Source: Candidatus Micrarchaeota archaeon (GTDB taxonomy: Archaea; Micrarchaeota; Micrarchaeia; Micrarchaeales; CABMGC01). From it: a stretch of DNA of 55,740 nt. This document shows, piece by piece, positions 9,477 to 18,538 of this stretch. The number at the start of each line of letters is the position of its first letter. The first letter of the stretch is position 1. The notes under the pieces are model-generated. The model was not told the origin of the DNA. It saw nothing but the letters and a program-made list of their open reading frames with translations, and did no database searches. The stretch is from contig JAGDYB010000012.1 of NCBI GenBank assembly GCA_023270055.1, forward strand, positions 1 through 55,740, written 5' to 3'. A program made the translations under genes and the position numbers.

Positions 9477-9563
9477 GCCAGGTTGGCAGATCGGCTATGC
9501 AGCCGCCTGCAGAGCGGCGTAGGGGGGTTCGACACATCTATTGCGAAATTCCCTCCCCTGGCT
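9477..9563 (+). tRNA. tRNA-Cys(GCA) with a 16-nt intron at 59/60 (9534-9549)
   Basis: Acceptor GCCAGGT/CCCTGGC with U73; anticodon arm GCCGC-CTGCAGA-GCGGC (GCA at 9509-9511); T stem GGGGG/CCCTC; BHB motif with central helix TTCG/CGAA and bulges AC|A and AT|T. Splicing restores the loop TTCGACT. Confidence 0.92.
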
Positions 9564-9595
9564 TTTAAGTTGTTCTTAGCAACAATTGTGGTAAA

Positions 9596-11017
9596 GTGAA
9601 GAAAAGATATACTGAATATTTTTATTTACTTGCACTGCTCCTCGTAATGCTGATTGCTGTACATTTTTATTTAGAATCTGACGTTGGTATTGTGGTAAAT
9701 TTCGATGACGCGTTTTATGCGGCATCAATAGTAAATCAGGTGTTCTATCTGAAAATGATACCGTGGGGCGCGGCTTCGTTTGGCTTCGCTGCACTCGGCA
9801 GAATTTTCTACGTACTCACTGGCAACCTTTTTACGGCGACTACAGCAATGCCAATAACCGCCATAATGCTAACAATGATTACACTCTATATTATTGGGAA
9901 AAAATATGGCGGGGGGCTTGCGGGCCTGAGCTCCGCAGTGCTCTTCGCGTTTAACCCGCTGGTTTACGCCTATTCCATACGGCTTTTGCCTGACATATTC
10001 ATCACAATGCTACTTTCATTTGCAATTCTGATCACTGTATATGCAGAAAGAAAAAGCTATGGCTACTTTATCGGCGGAATTGTTGCAGGGCTTGGCGTTT
10101 TTTTCGGCTTACAGGTATTTTTGTCGTTGCTGGCTTATTTTGCCCTTGTCGCATCGCTTGTCTACGTTGAAAAATTAAAAGGAAAGACAAAGAAGATATT
10201 TTGCGCTTTTATCGGCATGGCGCTTGCAATAACGTTATTCCTTCTGTTTCAGGACATGATATACGGAAACCCGCTTTTTGCAATAAATGGGATGGAAACG
10301 TTTAATTCTGAATATATGTCTGCGCCGCCGCATAATAACTATTATTTCAATGTTCTATTCCCAGAAAGCCATGTAGGATATCTACCTGGAAGCGGAAGCG
10401 AACCATACTCCACACTGGGCATGTTATCAATTGTCTTTATAGGGGCAAACGTTGCGTTGCTATACAAGAAAAGGTTCAACATTGTTCCGTATACCTTCTC
10501 ATCGATAGCATTTGTCTTATATGTTCTTTTCGGCACACAAAGCATCAGCATGTACTATCCAATATTACATATGAATAGGCTGCTTATGCCAATAGTGCTA
10601 CTATTTTCAATTGGTAGCGGAATGTCCGCAGGGCTGGCAAAAAGTAGAGTACACGCTGTAGCTGCAATCGCGTTTTTGGCATTTTATGTGTTTGTCTCCT
10701 TCCAATACTACACATATGCTGCAAGGTATTATGACTTCACAAACAGAAATCCATATTTGGCAACGGAACAGGTGAGCAATTACCTTAACACAATGGACCT
10801 AAAAGGTTATTCTATACATGAGAACGTCACTGAACTTCCTATACTGCTGTGCGCCTCGCTGAAAACAAGCCCTGTTGTTTGCAATGGTGGCCCAGGGCCA
10901 GTAGAAGGTATAAACTGCACAGAAAACAATACAATCTTTTTGCTTGACGTACCATATTGTGGCAGCACTTACATATTTTCAAACAAGAGCCTTGGCTATT
11001 ACATCTACAAGAACTAG
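9596..11017 (+). CDS. GT-C superfamily membrane glycosyltransferase (PMT/ArnT-like)
   Basis: Polytopic membrane protein; acidic 'FDDAFY' in the first loop; 'FNPL..YS.RLLPD' and a late 'R.LMP' motif. Confidence 0.75.
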   Translation: MKKRYTEYFYLLALLLVMLIAVHFYLESDVGIVVNFDDAFYAASIVNQVFYLKMIPWGAASFGFAALGRIFYVLTGNLFTATTAMPITAIMLTMITLYIIGKKYGGGLAGLSSAVLFAFNPLVYAYSIRLLPDIFITMLLSFAILITVYAERKSYGYFIGGIVAGLGVFFGLQVFLSLLAYFALVASLVYVEKLKGKTKKIFCAFIGMALAITLFLLFQDMIYGNPLFAINGMETFNSEYMSAPPHNNYYFNVLFPESHVGYLPGSGSEPYSTLGMLSIVFIGANVALLYKKRFNIVPYTFSSIAFVLYVLFGTQSISMYYPILHMNRLLMPIVLLFSIGSGMSAGLAKSRVHAVAAIAFLAFYVFVSFQYYTYAARYYDFTNRNPYLATEQVSNYLNTMDLKGYSIHENVTELPILLCASLKTSPVVCNGGPGPVEGINCTENNTIFLLDVPYCGSTYIFSNKSLGYYIYKN

Positions 11018-11040
11018 CTACCGGCTGGGAAGGAGGTGCG

Positions 11041-11478
11041 CTACACGTCTACTACAACGCTTATGCGCCACAAGCCTTTCTTGTGAACCACTTGAAGTGC
11101 GTACGGCGTCACCGCCTTTATCTCAGTCCTGTAGCATTCTACATCGGTGCTCTTGTAAAACAGCTTTCCCTCTAATGCCAGCGCTTTTCCAACATTTTTG
11201 ATGCCAAAAACCTTGAATAAATATGGCTTTAACTCTTTTTCGTCCACTATTGTAAGTATTTTCTGGAGCGTGTGCCACACTAAATCAGCCGGGCTGTATG
11301 CTTTGCTGCGTATCGAAACCGCTTTTGCAACTGATTTTGCACGCCTGATTTTTTCTATGTCGAACATTATGTTAAGCATCGCAAGCGCTGAATTTTCTAT
11401 CGCCTGCCTTTCGCTTTTGCCATATGCAATAAACTTCATCTCAGCCGTATGCGGCACGTATATGAATTTTCTTTGCAT
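11041..11478 (-). CDS. Archease
   Basis: 'HTAE(M)', 'AYGKS..AIENSA', 'EIKAVT', C-terminal 'VVVDV'. Confidence 0.92.
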   Translation of the reverse strand: MQRKFIYVPHTAEMKFIAYGKSERQAIENSALAMLNIMFDIEKIRRAKSVAKAVSIRSKAYSPADLVWHTLQKILTIVDEKELKPYLFKVFGIKNVGKALALEGKLFYKSTDVECYRTEIKAVTPYALQVVHKKGLWRISVVVDV

Positions 11479-11498
11479 GTATTACACTTCAAAAGCAA

Positions 11499-11506
11499 TT
11501 TATATA
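11499..11506 (+). promoter_or_regulatory. TATA box upstream of the box C/D sRNA
   Basis: TTTATATA ending about 19 nt before the sRNA terminal stem, with purine-rich sequence just upstream. Confidence 0.5.
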
Positions 11507-11524
11507 TAACATTTCAAATATTTA

Positions 11525-11584
11525 TGTCCTGTGAAGATAAGAGTAACTGCTGAAGTATGATGAGGTCCATTTCGACTGAGGACA
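11525..11584 (+). ncRNA. Box C/D guide sRNA
   Basis: TGTCC-t-[C: GTGAAGA 11531-11537]-12-nt guide-[D': CTGA 11550-11553]-agt-[C': ATGATGA 11557-11563]-12-nt guide-[D: CTGA 11576-11579]-GGACA. Terminal stem TGTCC/GGACA; canonical archaeal spacing; intergenic. Confidence 0.88.
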
Positions 11585-11596
11585 ACTGGTAATATT

Positions 11597-13096
11597 ATGA
11601 AGAAAATTAGGAGTCATGGGCTGTTAGTGCTGTTCATCGCAACACTCATAATGCTGATAAACCCTCTGCGCATTACAAGCTTTAGCATACTTGACACAGA
11701 CCCTTCTACATACATAATAGTGCCTATGCTAATGCTACTTATGTTCATCTTGTTCAAAGGTAAGGAGGTTATTCAGACTAAAAGCGGAAAGTATGATATT
11801 GCTTTGGGCATTGTGCTTTTTGCGATTTTTGTGCTTAGCTGGTTTTACCTCAAATACTTTCTCTCATATAAGTTCATAAGTTACAGAATTGACATGCTAC
11901 TGTTTCCAATTGCCATTGCTGCGTTAATAATTATAATCTTTGGACATGAAGGGATAAGGCGATTTAGAGGCATGCTATTTTATGCACTGTTTGCTTCGCC
12001 ACTGCTATTGCTGCCCGTATTTGGAATAAACATGCAATTTGCACAGTTCAACACGTTTTTAGTATACGAAGTGTTGCATTTGTTTTACCAACAGGTTACC
12101 TATTCAGCGCCGCTTTCTTTGACTTACGCAGGGAGCTCAATAGGCATTGGCGAATCGTGCGCGGGAATTGGAGCGCTCATAGGAATAATAATGTTTCTTA
12201 TACCGCTCGCATACTTCTATGATGGAAGGGTCATCAACAAGGTGTATTGGGTAATTTCAGGGTTTGTGCTGTTTCTTCTGCTTAATGTAGCTAGGATGGT
12301 CAGCATTACTGCGATGTGGCTCATATATGGCGAGCGAGCAACCGCTTCGTATATACATACATTCGTAGGAATCTGGCTATTTTACATAACGATAATAGTC
12401 ATGATTTTAATTGCGTATAAATACGGGCTTATGTTCCCGAAAGTAAAGAAGCGTAAAGCTTTTGTCACGAAAGTTGAATGGGGGATTTATGCTTTGGCAC
12501 TGCTACTTGCAGCTTCATATTTCTTCATCTCCGCGGGTTATGTCAACTCACTTTATATATCCCCTATGATTTTAAACAATGTGACATTCTCAACCAACAG
12601 CAGCGCGTTTGGAAGCTATATCAACTGGTTAATGCATTCGCCATTCCGTTCGGGTCTTGAGGCAAGAACTGCGGATGGCGCAGTGCTCACGTTTTCAAAC
12701 AAGACGTTCAATGTGACAGACCCAATCGTGCTGATGCTCGTTGGCAACATGAGCATAATCACAAGCAACGATATAATCGGAAGCTATACGTTCGCACAGA
12801 ATAGCGGTATAAATCTCAGATTGTACAGCGTAGTATCGAACAATACAATTTTTTATGTTGGCTATGCAAAACAGCCTCTAGTGGCCCAGAATGGCATAGA
12901 TTTGGCGCGCGAGTTCATAGTAATGCCAGCTTCGGCAGGAACGCTAAACCTCAGCTGCGGCGGCTACAGCACACTGTATAGCTATGTGTTCAGCACATTC
13001 GACAACACTCATGCAAATGCAACCGAAATGAAAAAGATAGAGAGTGCATACTGCGTGACCAGGCATATACTAGCCTGGCAGACCACACAGACATAA
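11597..13096 (+). CDS. Exosortase/archaeosortase family protein with a C-terminal extracytoplasmic extension
   Basis: Multiple TM helices; catalytic triad motifs 'IGESCAGI' (Cys), 'LNVARM' (Arg) and 'YIHTFVG' (His). Confidence 0.85.
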   Translation: MKKIRSHGLLVLFIATLIMLINPLRITSFSILDTDPSTYIIVPMLMLLMFILFKGKEVIQTKSGKYDIALGIVLFAIFVLSWFYLKYFLSYKFISYRIDMLLFPIAIAALIIIIFGHEGIRRFRGMLFYALFASPLLLLPVFGINMQFAQFNTFLVYEVLHLFYQQVTYSAPLSLTYAGSSIGIGESCAGIGALIGIIMFLIPLAYFYDGRVINKVYWVISGFVLFLLLNVARMVSITAMWLIYGERATASYIHTFVGIWLFYITIIVMILIAYKYGLMFPKVKKRKAFVTKVEWGIYALALLLAASYFFISAGYVNSLYISPMILNNVTFSTNSSAFGSYINWLMHSPFRSGLEARTADGAVLTFSNKTFNVTDPIVLMLVGNMSIITSNDIIGSYTFAQNSGINLRLYSVVSNNTIFYVGYAKQPLVAQNGIDLAREFIVMPASAGTLNLSCGGYSTLYSYVFSTFDNTHANATEMKKIESAYCVTRHILAWQTTQT

Positions 13097-13108
13097 CAAG
13101 ATGGTTTA

Positions 13109-14065
13109 TTGAGATTTGAGTACTCCGCTGGGATAATAATATATGAAAACCAGGAAGGAGAAATACGCCTGCTCTTTTTGATAAAGGATAATGGAGAATA
13201 TGATATTCCGAAGGGGCACATAGAGAAAGGGGAGACAAGCCTGATTGCGGCAAAGCGCGAAACAAAAGAGGAAACAGGCCTCGAGGTTGAGCCGATCCCA
13301 TATTTCAAGAGAAAGATACATTATTTCTTTTATGATAAAAAAGAGAAAGTCTCAAAGGACCTCACTTATTTCATAGCAAAGGCTGAAAGTAATGAGGTAA
13401 AAATTTCGTATGAGCACAAAGGTTATGTATGGCTAACTCCGGATGAAGGCCTAGAAAAAATAAAATTTAAGGATACGAGGGAGATGATAAGAATTGCAAG
13501 CGATTACATACAGAGATACGAGAAAATTGTGGAAATAAACAAAGAGTATTCTGCACTGCCATCAAAAATTAAGGAATGGAATTTGAGCAAGAGGTTTGTG
13601 CCAGGAGAAGGTCCGTTAGACGCAAAAATTGTATTTGTTGGTCAGGCGCCAGGAAGAACAGAAGACGCTATGCTCAGACCTTTTGTCGGAAGGAGCGGCA
13701 TGCTTTTAGGCAGAATCATGAAATCGGCAGGAATCAAGAGGGAAAGCGTATACATAACGAGCGTGGTGCAGTTTTATCCTCCAGAAAACAGGGCACCGAC
13801 TGAGGAGGAGGTAAAAATGTGCAAGCAATACTTTGAACGGCAAATAGAAGTTATACGCCCAACCTACATGGTGCTTTTAGGAAATGTCGCCGCAAGCACA
13901 GTAACCGGAAGGAAAGTCGAGGTAAATAAGATGCATGGCACGCTCGTTGAATGCGGAAGCGTCAAATGCTTTGTAACTTTCCACCCCGCTGCTGCGCTGA
14001 GATCCACAGGCGTACTTGAGCTGATGAAAAAAGACTTCATGAAGCTAAAGGAAATGGCCGTTTGA
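13109..14065 (+). CDS. NUDIX hydrolase (Ap4A hydrolase-like) fused to a family-4-like uracil-DNA glycosylase
   Basis: Intact Nudix box GHIEKGETSLIAAKRETKEETGL and 'SYEH..Y.W'; UDG motifs 'VPGEG', 'GQAPG..ED...PFVG', 'PPENRAP' and 'FHPAA'. Confidence 0.9.
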   Translation: MRFEYSAGIIIYENQEGEIRLLFLIKDNGEYDIPKGHIEKGETSLIAAKRETKEETGLEVEPIPYFKRKIHYFFYDKKEKVSKDLTYFIAKAESNEVKISYEHKGYVWLTPDEGLEKIKFKDTREMIRIASDYIQRYEKIVEINKEYSALPSKIKEWNLSKRFVPGEGPLDAKIVFVGQAPGRTEDAMLRPFVGRSGMLLGRIMKSAGIKRESVYITSVVQFYPPENRAPTEEEVKMCKQYFERQIEVIRPTYMVLLGNVAASTVTGRKVEVNKMHGTLVECGSVKCFVTFHPAAALRSTGVLELMKKDFMKLKEMAV

Positions 14066-14070
14066 AACGC

Positions 14071-14535
14071 TTATTTCTGATTTTGAAAATGGCTCTTTTC
14101 GGTAGAGCCGTATGGCGTGATGGACTTTGAGATTAGCTTTCCGAAAACTATGTGCACTGCACCTTTGGAAAGGTCTATTCTAATTTCTTCGTTGCTGAGG
14201 TTCTTGATTGAAAGATACAGCCTGCCACTGAATCCGCTATCTATAACCGCTGTGCTCCCAAAGAGCCCATTTCTGGAATATTTGCTTCTTAGCCACATGA
14301 AAGCTATGTAGCCGTTTGCCAGCGAAACATTCTCTTCCGTCTTTACTTTCAGGAATGCACCACTCTTGATCACAAGCTGGTTATTATCTATGTAATAACC
14401 ATCTGACCGGCCTTCATCTGCAAGCATTATTTTCAAGTCGTAGCCATTAGAGGTCATCTGCTCGCTGCTGAACGGTTCTATCGCAAGCTCCTTCTTTTCC
14501 ATTGCCTCCAGTATATCTTTGTCGCTTAGAAACAT
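14071..14535 (-). CDS. Trimeric dUTPase / dCTP deaminase family protein (probably dUTPase)
   Basis: 'LSDKDI', 'NGYDL', 'LRSKYSRNG', 'IDSGFSGRL', 'HFQNQ'; the deaminase Glu of the 'TLE' motif is replaced (YLS). Confidence 0.8.
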   Translation of the reverse strand: MFLSDKDILEAMEKKELAIEPFSSEQMTSNGYDLKIMLADEGRSDGYYIDNNQLVIKSGAFLKVKTEENVSLANGYIAFMWLRSKYSRNGLFGSTAVIDSGFSGRLYLSIKNLSNEEIRIDLSKGAVHIVFGKLISKSITPYGSTEKSHFQNQK

Positions 14536-14685
14536 AATAGTATTTTGGTATAGGTTTATAAAAAGCTAATGTCAAATGTGCAAACATTCAAAAGATATGA
14601 GCGGTATAAGTATACGGTACAACTCTCAATGAGGTTGGGGGAATTCTTTTAAATATTAAATAGCAAAATATTAAAGTTAGTGCAT

Positions 14686-14785
14686 GGGCCCGTAGCTTAG
14701 CCTGGTTGGAGCGCCCGACTGATAGACTTGAAAACCGCAAGGACTGGAGATCGGGAGGTCGAGAGTTCAAATCTCTCCGAGCCCA
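14686..14785 (+). tRNA. tRNA-Ile(GAT) with a ~25-nt intron at 37/38 (14725-14749)
   Basis: Acceptor GGGCCCG/CGAGCCC-A; anticodon stem CCCGA/TCGGG with GAT at 14721-14723; T arm GAGAG-TTCAAAT-CTCTC; only a relaxed splice motif. Confidence 0.88.
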
Positions 14786-14808
14786 TTAAACATTTGTTTG
14801 ACAAGATT

Positions 14809-15537
14809 TTATACGCCGAATGTTCTGTCTCTTCTGCTATATGCCGCTATTGCTTTCTCGAGGTCCTTCTTGCTGAAGTCTGGCCAATATTTTTTAACAA
14901 AATAAAGTTCTGAGTATGCCGACTGCCATGGCATAAACCCAGAGAGTCTAAACTCGTCCGCAGTCCTTATTATAAGATCTATATCTGGCACATTATGCGA
15001 TAGCATATGCCTCTTGAAAGTTTGTTCGTCAACTGTGCCGATTTCCCCTTTTGCCACCTTGGCGGCTATGGCTTTCGCCGCGTGCACAAGATCATCTTTG
15101 CCACCATATCCAAGAAGCCAAAATATCCTTCTTTCGATGCGCCCGTGGACTGAATTTTTTATTTTGTTCAAATCATTCAAAATGTATTTTGGAAGAAGTC
15201 TTTTTTCGCCAACTACTAACAAACGCGTCTTCATTTCGCGGAGCCTGCTTATTACATTTCTATCTGTTATAATATTCAGGTACACTTTGAAAAGGGAATC
15301 CAGTTCGTTCTTCGGTCTGCCAACATTCTCGGTTGACAGCCCCCATACGATAATGTTTTTGATTCCGTATTCCGCACACCATTCGCTGAATTCTATGAAT
15401 CTTTTTGCGCCACGGCTGTAGGCAGAAAACACTGATGCGCCATTTGTCTTGGCCCATCTCCTGTTTCCATCGGGTATGATCGCGATCGTCTTCGGCAATT
15501 TTTCTTTACTTGCTTTTTTGATGCCCATACATATCAT
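14809..15537 (-). CDS. uppS: cis-prenyltransferase (polyprenyl diphosphate synthase)
   Basis: 'IPDGNRRWA', 'STEN..RP..E', 'DLIIRT..E.RLSGF.PWQSAYSE', 'RTFG'. Confidence 0.95.
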   Translation of the reverse strand: MICMGIKKASKEKLPKTIAIIPDGNRRWAKTNGASVFSAYSRGAKRFIEFSEWCAEYGIKNIIVWGLSTENVGRPKNELDSLFKVYLNIITDRNVISRLREMKTRLLVVGEKRLLPKYILNDLNKIKNSVHGRIERRIFWLLGYGGKDDLVHAAKAIAAKVAKGEIGTVDEQTFKRHMLSHNVPDIDLIIRTADEFRLSGFMPWQSAYSELYFVKKYWPDFSKKDLEKAIAAYSRRDRTFGV

Positions 15538-15716
15538 TTTAAATTGGCGAAATACACTAGATACCTGGATATGACGATTTCAGTTTCATTTCAGTTTCGC
15601 ATCTCAGAAATATTTTATTATATGGATTTATAAATTCTATCCTTTGCGCACCTTGCTGCATACATAATCAAAAATTATTCATAAGATATATCTAAGTTCT
15701 GCAACATATTAGGATT

Positions 15717-16778
15717 ATGCACAGCAAAACCATTTTGCCGCTCCATGGAGGCAAGGCACCGAGATGGCTATTTAACAGGATGGTTAAGCTTGGCGGCGAA
15801 ATAGCAACAGTAGTGATCGACGAATACGGATCCGACGAGTTTTTAAGGCGCATAAGCGACCCAATGTGGTTTCAAGCGTTTTCATGCGCAATAGGATATG
15901 ACTGGCACAGCAGCGGAACTACAACTGTTACAATGGGGGCTTTGAAGGAGGCGCTGAACGGAAGCGGAGAAGTATACATCGCTGGCGGGAAAGGAAAGCA
16001 GGGGCTTATGACACCTGAAGAGATAACAAAAGGGACTGATGAGCTAAACATTGCAGGAGAAGCGGAAAGATTCAAGGAACTCAGTAGACTGGCGGCAAAG
16101 GTAGACAGCGCAATGGTGTATGACAGGGTAGGTATTTACCACCACACTTTCATATTCAACAGAAACGGAAAATGGGCAGTAGTGCAACAAGCTATTGATC
16201 AGGAAACCAACTATGCCATACGATTTCAGTGGATTGACGAACAGACAGATCCGGAAGATATAACTAACGAACCGCACGCCGGGATTTTAACACCATTGCA
16301 CAAAAAAACGCTTGACCTTACGGCACGTAGTAATAAGTGGGCCAAAGAACATATTGGCGAGACTATAGAAGAGTTTGAAAGGGGAAGTATAATATTTCCA
16401 GCTAGGCACCGTATAGTGCCACAGATTGACATGAGCAGAAGAGCTATGGAGATTATAAAGAACCTAAATGATATGAATATTGAAGAATACAAAGAACTGC
16501 TCCTTGTGAAGGGAGTCGGCAGGGCAACGCTGCGATCCCTTGCGTTCATATCATCGCTTATATATGATAAAGAGCTTTCATACAGGGACCCGGTTATGTA
16601 CGCATACAACCTTGGCGGTAAAGACGGAATACCTTTCAAGATAGACAGGAGTGTTTATGATAGCACTATTAAGGGCATGCAGCAGATAATAGACGAGGCG
16701 CGCATGGACAGATTTGAAAAGCTCAACGCCTTCAGGAGGCTTGAAAAGCTTAGCCGTGGCTCAGGCGATCAGCTATAA
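15717..16778 (+). CDS. DUF763 family protein
   Basis: 'LPLHGGKAPRWLF.RM', 'DP.WFQAF', 'DWHSSGTTT', 'GGKDGIP'. Confidence 0.9.
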   Translation: MHSKTILPLHGGKAPRWLFNRMVKLGGEIATVVIDEYGSDEFLRRISDPMWFQAFSCAIGYDWHSSGTTTVTMGALKEALNGSGEVYIAGGKGKQGLMTPEEITKGTDELNIAGEAERFKELSRLAAKVDSAMVYDRVGIYHHTFIFNRNGKWAVVQQAIDQETNYAIRFQWIDEQTDPEDITNEPHAGILTPLHKKTLDLTARSNKWAKEHIGETIEEFERGSIIFPARHRIVPQIDMSRRAMEIIKNLNDMNIEEYKELLLVKGVGRATLRSLAFISSLIYDKELSYRDPVMYAYNLGGKDGIPFKIDRSVYDSTIKGMQQIIDEARMDRFEKLNAFRRLEKLSRGSGDQL

Positions 16779-16810
16779 ATATTTGCGAAGGCTATTTATA
16801 CTGGTGGAGC

Positions 16811-17866
16811 ATGATCAAGGAAGCTAAGCTATGGCGCCAGATGGAAGGCAAAAAGGTCGAGTGCTATGCATGCGCACGCAGGTGCAAGATACCTGATGGT
16901 TCCAACGGATTCTGTTTTGTTAGGAAGAATATGGGAGGCAAGCTCTATTTGATGAACTATGGCATGCTAGCATCGGTGCAGCTGGACCCGATAGAGAAAA
17001 AGCCATTCAACCATTTCAGGCCTGGGAGCTATGTGCTTGGCGTGGGCACCTCGTCCTGTAATTTTGGATGCCTGTTCTGCCAAAATCACAATATATCAAA
17101 AGAGCACGAGGTGGTTGGTACCGAAATTAAGCCAGATGAGCTTGTAGATCTTGCATTGAAGTACAAAGCAGATGGCATAGCCTACACGTACAACGAGCCG
17201 ACCATTTTCATAGAGTACGCGCTTGATGTTGCGAAGCTGGCGCATGAAAAAGGTTTGTACAACGTATTCGTTACTAACGGATATATGACGGAAGATGCAG
17301 TTAAGATGATGAAAGGCCTCATAGACGCGGCGGTTGTGGACTTTAAGGGAAATGGTGAGGAAAAATTTGCAAACAGGTTCGAAGCGGTAGTGTCTTCCGA
17401 ACCGATAAAAACTGCGCTGGTCAGCATGAAGAAGGCTGGGATACATATAGAGATAACGGATCTGATAGTGCCCATTGTTGGGGATTCGCTTGAGGCATGC
17501 GACTCTCTTACCAGATGGATACGCACAAATCTCGGCGATGACACACCGCTGCAGTTCACCAGGTTCTATCCGGACTACAAAATGCTTGACTATCCAGTAA
17601 CGCCAGTATCTACACTGGAGAAGCATTATAAGGTGGCAAAAGAAAATGGGCTGAATTATGTTTACATTGGCAACGTGCCTGGAAGCAAATACGAAAACAC
17701 CTACTGCCCTAAATGCGGTACGGCCGTTGTCAAAAGATACGGATTTTATATAACCGAATGGAATCTGGACGAAGAAAACAGATGCAAAAAGTGCGGTACG
17801 AAAATATTTATGGACGGAACATTAAGCAAAAACTACAGGTACAGGGATATAGAAGCGCTTTACTGA
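16811..17866 (+). CDS. amrS: AmmeMemoRadiSam system radical SAM enzyme
   Basis: N-terminal C..C.R.C...G.C.VR; 'DPIEKKP'; CNFGCLFCQN; 'YTYNEP'; C-terminal CPKC/CKKC. Confidence 0.92.
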   Translation: MIKEAKLWRQMEGKKVECYACARRCKIPDGSNGFCFVRKNMGGKLYLMNYGMLASVQLDPIEKKPFNHFRPGSYVLGVGTSSCNFGCLFCQNHNISKEHEVVGTEIKPDELVDLALKYKADGIAYTYNEPTIFIEYALDVAKLAHEKGLYNVFVTNGYMTEDAVKMMKGLIDAAVVDFKGNGEEKFANRFEAVVSSEPIKTALVSMKKAGIHIEITDLIVPIVGDSLEACDSLTRWIRTNLGDDTPLQFTRFYPDYKMLDYPVTPVSTLEKHYKVAKENGLNYVYIGNVPGSKYENTYCPKCGTAVVKRYGFYITEWNLDEENRCKKCGTKIFMDGTLSKNYRYRDIEALY

Positions 17867-17919
17867 TATGTATAGGCAATGCTTAAATCCTTGAATGCAG
17901 CTATTATTACGGTGGTTGC

Positions 17920-18528
17920 GTGAAAAGCTATTCTGTTGAGGAGGGGGAGGAGCTTGTCAAGGCTGCCAGATACGCGATAGAGCTTTTTCTTAAGTCGCCA
18001 TATTTCGATAGGAAGATAATATACAAAAAGATAGAAAAATTCAAAGACATGTCAGGTGCGTTCGTTACTCTGGAGCATTATCCTACAGGGACGCTTAGGG
18101 GTTGCATAGGATTTCCGCTGGCAATAAAGCCTTTGTATGAGGCTGTGGTTGATGCGGCAATAAGTGCAGCAACAGAAGACCCAAGGTTTGTGCCTCTGTC
18201 TCACGTCGAACTTGCGGAGGTTACAATAGAGGTAAGTATACTTTCGAAAATGGAGAAGATTACAGGAAAGCCGGAGGAGATAAAGGAACAGGTAAAGGTC
18301 GGTAGAGATGGACTTTTTATCGAGTACGGTTATTATTCTGGGCTGCTCCTACCGATTGTTGCTGTTGAGGAGGGATGGAACAGCGAGGAATTTTTAGACA
18401 ATGTGTGTATGAAGGCAGGGTTGCCGACCCACACCTGGCAACGGAGCGATGTGTCATTGTACAGGTTCACCACCCAAATATTCAGGGAGATTAAGCCGGA
18501 GGACGGCGTGGAGGAAATCAAATTGTAA
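17920..18528 (+). CDS. amrA: AMMECR1-domain protein (TIGR00296-like)
   Basis: 'GAFVTL...LRGCIG', 'AA.EDPRF', 'EVSILS', 'GLLLP.VA.E', 'C.KAG'. Confidence 0.92.
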   Translation: MKSYSVEEGEELVKAARYAIELFLKSPYFDRKIIYKKIEKFKDMSGAFVTLEHYPTGTLRGCIGFPLAIKPLYEAVVDAAISAATEDPRFVPLSHVELAEVTIEVSILSKMEKITGKPEEIKEQVKVGRDGLFIEYGYYSGLLLPIVAVEEGWNSEEFLDNVCMKAGLPTHTWQRSDVSLYRFTTQIFREIKPEDGVEEIKL

Positions 18529-18538
18529 ATGTGTGGTA

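Noticed and set aside
9407-9535. N-terminal extension of the CBS ORF (track start 9535)
   Set aside because: It overlaps tRNA-Cys and its promoter; the ATG at 9406 fits better.
14588-14913. Short ORFs 14588-14770 and 14728-14913
   Set aside because: They overlap tRNA-Ile and uppS.
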